A stretch of DNA of 32,000 nucleotides from Candidatus Electrothrix yaqonensis (GTDB lineage Bacteria; Desulfobacterota; Desulfobulbia; Desulfobulbales; Desulfobulbaceae), in NCBI GenBank assembly GCA_047651235.1, contig CP178758.1, forward strand, positions 3,180,001-3,212,000. The letters are read 5' to 3'. Numbering within the stretch: the stretch's first letter is position 1; every line of letters starts with the position of its first letter. Below are positions 25,650 to 32,000 of the stretch, in pieces. A program made the translations under genes and the position numbers. The notes below the pieces were generated by a model. The model was not told where the DNA came from. It searched no databases and was given only the letters and a program-made list of their open reading frames with translations.

Positions 25650-26113
25650 CGTTCCTCCTGCACCTGCCATTGTCCGTTTGTGCTGCGGCAGGCTGCTGTA
25701 TTGACGATTGCTGTTTTCCCGTTGACCAAGGCTGTTATTTTTGCCTTTCGGCATGTCTGACCGCTGTTTCCCTCATAAGGAGGATACGGCGTGACCTGAT
25801 ACAGATTTTCACGGTTCGGATTGAGCCAGGAGGAGGTCCGGCCTGAGACGCTCCGTTCATATACATGATTGAGCTGTTTCCGGTCATAAGCATCCATGGC
25901 GTTGCCGACAAGAAGACGCAGTTGGGTGCTGAACCCTGCGCCGCGTAGGGATACCCCAATATTATGTCCGCCAACCTGAGCAGCAGCCTGCTGTTTTTTT
26001 ATTTTTCTTGTTTTGTGCACTCTGTCTGTCTTCACGCCTTTTCCGGTGTTTGCCGGGGCGCAGGACGTGATGAGCAGGGCTGCCGAAATTGCTGCAATCC
26101 AAGCGGCTTTCAT
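25646..26113 (-). CDS. Lipoprotein with 17-kDa-surface-antigen-like C-terminal domain (paralog B)
   Basis: 155 aa. It has a signal peptide plus lipobox LLITS|C. The C-terminus MDAYDRKQLNHVYE...TSSWLNPNRENLYQVTPYPPY...CRKAKITALVNGKT...ACRSTNGQWQVQ is colinear with the C-terminus of 26232-26684. Confidence 0.75.
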   Translation of the reverse strand: MKAAWIAAISAALLITSCAPANTGKGVKTDRVHKTRKIKKQQAAAQVGGHNIGVSLRGAGFSTQLRLLVGNAMDAYDRKQLNHVYERSVSGRTSSWLNPNRENLYQVTPYPPYEGNSGQTCRKAKITALVNGKTAIVNTAACRSTNGQWQVQEER

Positions 26114-26231
26114 GATTTCATGACATTTTCTTAGTTAGAGTTGTATAGATTGCAGAGACTGACATTGCCTGACGGAGCCTCCGACCGGACAGACCGGAGG
26201 CGGTACGGTACTCCAAATATTCCGTGCAGGG

Positions 26232-26684
26232 TTACTGCAGCTGCCAGCGACCGCTTGTATCCCGGCAGGCCGTGCTGTAGGTGCTCTCCCGCCTGCCGTC
26301 AATAAAGGCAATAATTTCAGCTTCACGACAGGGCTGATTGTTCGGGCCCTGATACGTTTTTTTCGGGGTGACCTGATACTGATAACCATGATCCGGGTTT
26401 ACCCAGCTTGTTGTCTCGCCCACCGGGGTGGATTCATAGGCAGTGTTCAGCATTTGCTTGTCATACTTGTCCATTTCGTTGCCGATGATATAGCCCAATG
26501 CGCCGCCGATCGCCAGACCCAGGAGCGTAGATTCGGTGTTCTTCCCGATCGCCTGACCGAGCAGAGCCCCGCCTGCAGCTCCGCCTGCAGCCCCGGTCTG
26601 TGCTTTATTGGGCATCATACAGGATGAAAGCAGAAAAGAGGCAATAAGCGCCATAGCAATGGGAGTAATGTGGGTTGTCTTCAT
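26232..26684 (-). CDS. Glycine-zipper lipoprotein with 17-kDa-surface-antigen-like C-terminal domain (paralog A)
   Basis: 150 aa. It has a lipobox FLLSS|C and a glycine zipper GAAGGAAGGALLGQAIG...LGLAIGGALGYIIG. The C-terminus is MDKYDKQMLNTAYE...TTSWVNPDHGYQYQVTPKKTY...CREAEIIAFIDGRR...ACRDTSGRWQLQ. Confidence 0.8.
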   Translation of the reverse strand: MKTTHITPIAMALIASFLLSSCMMPNKAQTGAAGGAAGGALLGQAIGKNTESTLLGLAIGGALGYIIGNEMDKYDKQMLNTAYESTPVGETTSWVNPDHGYQYQVTPKKTYQGPNNQPCREAEIIAFIDGRRESTYSTACRDTSGRWQLQ

Positions 26685-26762
26685 AAAATCCTCCGGTCTG
26701 ATAATACGTTAAGTAAGATGGAACCGCTTTTGGTTGATTTCGGGACATTCCGCCCGTTGAAC

Positions 26763-27044
26763 TCAGATTGCTCCTCCTTTTCCGGTCATACTTCGTCCCT
26801 TTTCGGGCAGAGCAATATTCAGCTCCAGGATTTCGCAGTCCTCTTCTCTGTCCAGAGAAACCGTGACATCATCCTGGTCAATATCCACATATTTTTTAAT
26901 AACTTCAAGAAGTTCATTCTGTAATGCAGGCAGAAACGAAGGCTGGTTCCTGTGGAAATGATCCCGGGCGATCAGGATACTCAACCGTTCCTTGGCCACA
27001 TCGGCTGACTTGCGGTTGGCATGGAAATAATCGAATAATCCCAT
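26763..27044 (-). CDS. minE: Cell division topological specificity factor MinE
   Basis: 93 aa. It starts MGLFDYF....SADVAKERLSILIA.D and lies immediately downstream of minD, with stop and start adjacent. Confidence 0.9.
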   Translation of the reverse strand: MGLFDYFHANRKSADVAKERLSILIARDHFHRNQPSFLPALQNELLEVIKKYVDIDQDDVTVSLDREEDCEILELNIALPEKGRSMTGKGGAI

Positions 27045-27857
27045 TTATCTCCCCCTGAACAGTTTGCCGAGGATGCCGTTTCTTTTCGTATTAATGAAAC
27101 GGAGCTCAACTTCTTCTCCGAGAAAACGCCTGATGCAGTCGTTATAGGCAAGTCCCGCTCTGCTGTTTTTATTAATAATAATAGGCACCCCCTGGTTTGA
27201 TGCGGTCAGGACCGACTGTGATTCCGGGATGACGCCCAGCAGCGGAATGGAAAGAATATCCTGAATATCATCCACAGAGAGCATTTCCCCATTTTTTACC
27301 CGTGCCGCAGAATATCTGGTCACCAGCAGATGCTCTTTCACCGGTGTTCTGTTTTCTATGATTCTTTTGGTCTTGCTGGCCAGCAGACCGAGAATCCGGT
27401 CTGAATCGCGCACAGAGGAAATTTCAGGGTTGGTGACCACCACTGCCTCGTCGGCAAAGTACATGGCGATGAAAGCCCCGTGTTCAATCCCGGCCGGAGA
27501 ATCACAGATAATATAATCAAAGGACTGTTTCAGTTCATTGATAACTGTTTCCACTCCCTCCATAGTCAGGGCTTCTTTGTCCCGTGTCTGGGAAGCGGGC
27601 AGGATATAGAGGTTTTCTGACCGTTTATCCCGGATCAGGGCCTGCTGCAGGCTTGCTTCCTTGTTGATTACATTAACGAAATCATAGACCACCCGACGTT
27701 CGCATCCCATAATGAGATCCAAGTTTCTCAGACCGACATCGAAATCAATGACTGCAGTTTTATAGCCGTGCATGGCCAGACCTGTGGCAATGGCCGCACT
27801 TGTGGTGGTTTTACCGACCCCTCCTTTACCGGAGGTGATGACAATGATTTTGGTCAA
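27045..27857 (-). CDS. minD: Septum site-determining ATPase MinD
   Basis: 270 aa. It has the deviant Walker A IVITSGKGGVGKTT, DFDVGLRNLDL, and a C-terminal amphipathic helix GILGKLFRG. It uses a TTG start at 27857 with AGGAGG 8 nt upstream. Confidence 0.93.
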   Translation of the reverse strand: MTKIIVITSGKGGVGKTTTSAAIATGLAMHGYKTAVIDFDVGLRNLDLIMGCERRVVYDFVNVINKEASLQQALIRDKRSENLYILPASQTRDKEALTMEGVETVINELKQSFDYIICDSPAGIEHGAFIAMYFADEAVVVTNPEISSVRDSDRILGLLASKTKRIIENRTPVKEHLLVTRYSAARVKNGEMLSVDDIQDILSIPLLGVIPESQSVLTASNQGVPIIINKNSRAGLAYNDCIRRFLGEEVELRFINTKRNGILGKLFRGR

Positions 27858-27932
27858 ATTATCTCCTCCTGAAGACCGAAGATATCATGTTTATAATCTG
27901 TAATAATTTTAATTTATCCATTTTATTAACTG

Positions 27933-28754
27933 TTAATGCAGCGGAGCAATACGTATTCTGTCTGCCTCCAGCCGGATCTGGACAGCTTTGGAGCGCAGAC
28001 TGTCCGGAAAATGTTCATTCACCATATAAACTCCGGCGACCGCGACAAGTTCCGCCTCCAGCTGCTGACAGAAAATACAGGTATCGGTTCTGCCGTTGTT
28101 TCCGGCAAATGCCCGACCCCGCAAGGTCCCGTAGACGTGGATATTTCCCGGTGCGGAAATTTCTGCTCCGGAACTCACCGAGGCCATGACAATCAGATCT
28201 CCATGCTCGGCGGTAACACGCTGGCCTGATCGTACAGGTTCTGTAATGATAAGGGCAGAAGGAGGTGCCTGTACAGACCCGCCCTCTGAACAGCTTTTCC
28301 CCTCGTCGGACTTCGTGTTCTCCGGCTTCTTTTCCAGTTCCTTCGCCTCGTTCACTTCCTCTTCCTGCTCCTGCTGTCTGCCGTTTCGGACAGTTCGGGT
28401 CGTGAGAACGGCCAGTCCCATAAAACCGGCCTGTTCCTGCTGTCGCTCTGTGCAGTCGGTGATGCCGACCGGAATAAAGCCCCGACCCTGCACGATATCA
28501 AGCAGCATAACAAGATCAATCTGTTCGGGGGCCGGCAGATACCGCAGATTGATGACCAACGGCGCGTGATGAAAAAAATCCGGTGCCTGCCTGACTTTTT
28601 CAGCAAGCTGCGCCGAGATGGTCTCCATGTCATGATTCCTCAGGGAGAGCACCAGGATCGTAAAGGCTGCACCTTTCAGATCAAAGGCCGGGGCCGGTGC
28701 TGCAGCGCCGGCCGTCTTTGGCCTGATTGTTCTGATTACCGGAGCTGCACTCAT
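27933..28754 (-). CDS. minC: Septum formation inhibitor MinC
   Basis: The ORF is open to 28937. The start is placed at ATG 28754 (MSAAPV...FDLKGAAFTILVLSL matches the MinC N-terminus, E. coli ...IELKGSSFTLSVVHL). A charged linker follows. The C-terminal beta-helix is VRSGQRV...GDLIVMASVSSGAEISAPGNIHVYGTLRGRAFAG. Confidence 0.85.
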   Translation of the reverse strand: MSAAPVIRTIRPKTAGAAAPAPAFDLKGAAFTILVLSLRNHDMETISAQLAEKVRQAPDFFHHAPLVINLRYLPAPEQIDLVMLLDIVQGRGFIPVGITDCTERQQEQAGFMGLAVLTTRTVRNGRQQEQEEEVNEAKELEKKPENTKSDEGKSCSEGGSVQAPPSALIITEPVRSGQRVTAEHGDLIVMASVSSGAEISAPGNIHVYGTLRGRAFAGNNGRTDTCIFCQQLEAELVAVAGVYMVNEHFPDSLRSKAVQIRLEADRIRIAPLH

Positions 28755-28893
28755 CCTGCGGCTTTGTTTGTGTTTTTTATATGTTTCATGACCTGCGTGT
28801 TTCTGCCCGGATGTTAAATCTTCCCCACTATACATTGTTTCCGTATGAGTTTCAGCCCGGAATTGCGCAGAACGTATTTTTTTTGCAGATTGA

Positions 28894-30078
28894 TTATTCT
28901 CTGCAGTCGAACAGTTCAAATTCAACCCGCCGGTCAATCATGTTCTGATCGCTGTCCGGTTCACTGCCGTCCCTGGTTGCGGTTTCTCCTTTGCCTTCTG
29001 CAGTGACTCGTCCGCGTATTGCTTCGGATTCCCGGATCAGTCTGTTTCTGATGTATTCTGCCCGGGCCAGGGAAAGCTGCATATTGTACACAGAAGAACC
29101 CTGTCTGCTCGTATGACCTATGATATGCATGCATTTTTTTTCATTCAGCATCAGGTAGGCAACAAGCTGCCTGATCCAGATTCCGTATTCCTGCAGTCGG
29201 TCCGGGGCGAATTCGCTCCGGCTTGAGTCAAACAGAAAGACCAGCGGCATTTTTGTACTGTTCTGAAAACCGACGGTGATCATGTTGAGAAACGCGGTTT
29301 CTGCTGCAGTGAAATCAGCCAGCTTGCAGTACGTCAGATACAGCATCCGATACGCATCCAGCTGGCCGCCCCGGGACGAGCCTAGGAGCTGTTCAAGGAG
29401 ATGGCGGACAGTTCTGTATTCTCCCTTTCTGTACGCGGCTTTTGCCCTGGCAAGCAGAGCATCTGCGGTGATGTCATGCACCGTAATCTTTGGTGCATTG
29501 CTGATGATTTCAGCGACCTTTCTTTTCGCAGCAGGATCTGCTGTGAGTACAGGGAGATCCTGCCTGCTGTAGGAAAGAAAATCCACCCATACCGAGCCAT
29601 GTGCCTTGTTTTGACCTGTCTGCCGATCAGCCAGGGTGGCTGTCAGTTTGTAATATTTTTTCCCCGGTTTCTCCGGGGGAGCCGGATAGGGTTCATAGCT
29701 GATAACTCCTCTGAGGATGTAATCAGCCTGTTCAAGCTCCTCGTCCGTGGCATCGGCTGTACTCAGAAGATGCAGTCTGGCAAAATCCTTTCTGCTGCCG
29801 AGTTCAAGCAGCAGGGCGTCTATCTCCAGACTCGCCTGAATTTCATCGTACAGGGACGCCTCTTTAAACGGTTCCAGCAGGACAAGAGCCTGTTCATCCC
29901 TGATTGGTGCCAGTAGGGTACTTCCCAACTGCGGCACGGCCTCGGACAGCCCAGTCGGACCTGTTGTCCGAACCGGAGGTGGGGGCGGGGGCGGCTGAAA
30001 TCTCAGGGCACAGCCGGACTGGACAACAGAGAGAAGGATGAACAGACAGACAGAAATATTTCCGGTGCATGACAGCAT
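28894..30078 (-). CDS. OmpA-family (peptidoglycan-binding) putative lipoprotein with FlgO/TolB-N-like and TPR-like N-terminal regions
   Basis: The ORF is open to 30135. The start is placed at ATG 30078 (AAGGAGAAGG upstream; MLSCTGNISVCLFILLSVVQSG|C, an atypical lipobox). It has a poly-Pro spacer PPPPPPP, then ADYILRGVISYE...YKLTATLADRQTGQ, then the C-terminal OmpA_C pattern IIGHTSRQGSSVYNMQLSLARAEYIRNRL...RRVEFELF. Confidence 0.78.
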   Translation of the reverse strand: MLSCTGNISVCLFILLSVVQSGCALRFQPPPPPPPVRTTGPTGLSEAVPQLGSTLLAPIRDEQALVLLEPFKEASLYDEIQASLEIDALLLELGSRKDFARLHLLSTADATDEELEQADYILRGVISYEPYPAPPEKPGKKYYKLTATLADRQTGQNKAHGSVWVDFLSYSRQDLPVLTADPAAKRKVAEIISNAPKITVHDITADALLARAKAAYRKGEYRTVRHLLEQLLGSSRGGQLDAYRMLYLTYCKLADFTAAETAFLNMITVGFQNSTKMPLVFLFDSSRSEFAPDRLQEYGIWIRQLVAYLMLNEKKCMHIIGHTSRQGSSVYNMQLSLARAEYIRNRLIRESEAIRGRVTAEGKGETATRDGSEPDSDQNMIDRRVEFELFDCRE

Positions 30079-30245
30079 AGCTCTTTTCCTTCTCCTTTGC
30101 TGAGACTGCCTGAATCCGGCCGACAGGGCGGGCAATAAGGTGACCGGAAATTATTCGCATAATTCCGGCATTCCCACGCTGATTTCATCCTGACAGTTGG
30201 TGCCGGATGCCTTTGCTTTTAAAGATGCTTTCAATACGGGCGGAT

Positions 30246-31823
30246 TCAGCTGTTTTTTTTTTCGCCTTTTTTCGAGGCAGACGGTTTTGTTTTGCGTTCT
30301 TCCGGTTCCAAGGTGACCGGCAGGGAAGTTTCTTCTTCCGTTTTTGTTTCGGCCAGCGGTTCAGGGCGGACAGTCACGGTCTTTTTATCAGGAATGGTCA
30401 CGGTTGCGTTGACGCTGCTGTATCCTTCTTTATCCGCAGAGACAGTGCAGGTCCCGGTATGCACTTTTAGGCGGAACGGGACATCCGGCGAGGCTATGCC
30501 GGAGCTCGATACTTCATCGTTGCAGGCAACAGAGACTATCGTACTGTTCACCGTGGAGAGAATGGCAAGGGGATATGTTGCCTGAACGAGCTGCAGAAAC
30601 AGTTCGCTGTCTCCGTTGATTGACACCTCTTTTTCCAGCAGGGCATATCCTTCTTTCTGCGCGGAAATATGGTGGGTGCCTATAGGCAGATTCAGGGTGA
30701 GCTGCCGTTTTTCAGCAATATATTCTTTTTCATCCGCAATAACGGTCACATTGTCCGTATTCAATTGGATGGTTAATTCGGGCAGAGGCAGAACAGCCTT
30801 CAGGGTGTAATTTCCGGTCAGATGAAAATCCTGTTGAAAAGGAGCGGCTGCCAGCGGGTTGGTGACTTTTACTGTATGGTTTCCTGCCGGTAAAGAGACG
30901 GTGACCGGGGTTCCGGCAGTAGTTGTCCCGACCCGGCTGTCGTTGAGCAGGACGGTGCTCTGATCAAGGTTTGCATGGACGGTGAGCAGGCAGTCAGCAG
31001 GCTGCAGGCTGAACGGAAGGACCTGAAAGCTGTCGAGGATGATCTCTTTATCTGCAGGGAGATACCCTGATTTTTCCGCCCGTACGCGGTAGCGCCCGGC
31101 AGGCAGATTGAGGCTGAGGCGGTTACCGGGACTGCGGTATTCCTGTTCTCCTATGGAGATGCTGACATCCTGCACATTGAAGATAAGTTTTAGAACAGCC
31201 GGTTGGTCGCCATCGGAAAGCAGGGAGGGAGAGAGCAGAACGCCTGCGGCACAGGTAATGCACAGAGCGAACAACAGGCAGAAAGATTGAAGCGGAAAGC
31301 GGAAAGTTTTTTGCGGCCTCTCCCTGACATCCTTGACCTCTCTGACAGAGCGGGCAGTTTTTTTTTTCGGCTCAGCCGACCGGCTTTCCAGGCTCTCTAT
31401 TCTGCTGATGCAGTGCAGGTGCTGTTCGGCTGCCGGGCGCAGGCATTCCGGGCAGGAGGCCGGATCAGTCTGCTCAGCATGATCGGTACAGGACTCTGTC
31501 TGATGTCTGCAGGGCGGAAAAACGAGATCTTTTTCCGGAACAAGTCCGTCTTCCGGTGTATCCGGGACAAATTCGAGAAACTCACCCCGTTCCAGATAGA
31601 ATTTTTCCACCAAGGTCGAACAGCTCAGATTTTCCTCCGTATCCGCTGTTATCTCCGTGGTAACTATATATTTATAAGATTCTTTCTGCTCCATATGATG
31701 CGTATGACGATAGAGGGTATCCTGTGCTTTTCCCTCGTTGCATAATGCGTCAAGAACGGGTTGAAGCTGTTCGTCGGGAAAGCTGCTGCCCGGAGCTGAT
31801 TCAGCTGAAAAGAGATTCAACAT
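30246..31823 (-). CDS. Single-pass membrane protein with four PEGA domains and a Cys/His-rich cytoplasmic N-terminal region
   Basis: 525 aa. The TM segment is FCLLFALCITCAAGVLLSPSLL. There are four repeats of the PEGA pattern: LPAGRYRVRAEKSGYLP, LPAGNHTVKVTNP, LPIGTHHISAQKEGYAL and HTGTCTVSADKEGYSS. It has a Lys/Glu-rich tail. Confidence 0.75.
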   Translation of the reverse strand: MLNLFSAESAPGSSFPDEQLQPVLDALCNEGKAQDTLYRHTHHMEQKESYKYIVTTEITADTEENLSCSTLVEKFYLERGEFLEFVPDTPEDGLVPEKDLVFPPCRHQTESCTDHAEQTDPASCPECLRPAAEQHLHCISRIESLESRSAEPKKKTARSVREVKDVRERPQKTFRFPLQSFCLLFALCITCAAGVLLSPSLLSDGDQPAVLKLIFNVQDVSISIGEQEYRSPGNRLSLNLPAGRYRVRAEKSGYLPADKEIILDSFQVLPFSLQPADCLLTVHANLDQSTVLLNDSRVGTTTAGTPVTVSLPAGNHTVKVTNPLAAAPFQQDFHLTGNYTLKAVLPLPELTIQLNTDNVTVIADEKEYIAEKRQLTLNLPIGTHHISAQKEGYALLEKEVSINGDSELFLQLVQATYPLAILSTVNSTIVSVACNDEVSSSGIASPDVPFRLKVHTGTCTVSADKEGYSSVNATVTIPDKKTVTVRPEPLAETKTEEETSLPVTLEPEERKTKPSASKKGEKKNS

Positions 31824-32000
31824 GACGGAAGTCCGACATTCAGTGTTGTGTCGGAGAAGTCAGAGATTTACGGTTGCTGCTGCGATGTCTGCTGTGGACT
31901 TCCAGCCAGTGTACAATGTTTTGATTTTTTCTGAAAGTATTATCAGCCGGATAATCCGAAGCGGAAACAGTCCTGACCAATCCCCCTGCAATCCGCTGCA

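Noticed and set aside
25650-25754. 35-codon N-terminal extension of the yjbQ ORF
   Set aside because: It overlaps the preceding lipoprotein gene. ATG 25649 has a strong AGGAGGA RBS and gives the canonical YjbQ length.
28755-28937. 61-codon N-terminal extension of the minC ORF
   Set aside because: The extension overlaps the stop of the upstream OmpA-type gene and has no MinC homology. MinC-like sequence begins shortly after Met62 (ATG 28754).
29401-29916. 171-aa plus-strand ORF (and likewise 31203-31745, 180 aa)
   Set aside because: They are antisense to the OmpA-type and PEGA genes, both of which have recognisable domains on the minus strand.
1-32000. Search by eye for CRISPR arrays, tRNA/rRNA/tmRNA genes, retron/DGR reverse transcriptases, toxin-antitoxin pairs and known defence-system genes
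   Set aside because: I saw no regularly spaced direct repeats, no tRNA-like T-arm/acceptor patterns, and no RT, nuclease-helicase or other defence signatures in any listed ORF. By-eye scanning cannot exclude small ncRNAs.

Overview
This is a mostly chromosomal, minus-strand-dominated bacterial window of about 50% GC. I cannot fix the taxon from sequence alone. From left to right it contains the following.

1. An LPS/envelope block: a GT1 glycosyltransferase cut by the window edge, a GT2 glycosyltransferase, an O-antigen-ligase-like membrane protein and an MsbA-like ABC exporter.
2. A roughly 3.6 kb IS-littered islet: an IS200-type tnpA with a family of GACTGAAAGTC hairpins, a complete IS5/Harbinger-like (DDE_Tnp_4) element whose transposase is frameshifted, a PilZ protein, a SAM methyltransferase, and a degraded IS5-type transposase relic abutting trmL.
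3. trmL and lysC.
4. Two tandem paralogous small secreted proteins plus a small RHH-like protein.
5. gyrB interrupted by a 435-aa HNH-type intein. This is the clearest unusual element.
6. A cNMP-binding-domain/methyltransferase fusion convergent with a hybrid histidine kinase.
7. mutM, a PPTase and cvpA.
8. A run of poorly characterised envelope genes: a membrane-anchored protein, a coiled-coil membrane protein, a small His-tailed protein, yjbQ and two paralogous surface-antigen-type lipoproteins.
9. minCDE, preceded by an OmpA-type putative lipoprotein and a four-PEGA-domain membrane protein.

I saw no rRNA, tRNA or CRISPR array. I found no recognisable defence or secretion system. The candidates for something undescribed are small uncharacterised modules, and I flag them as inference only.
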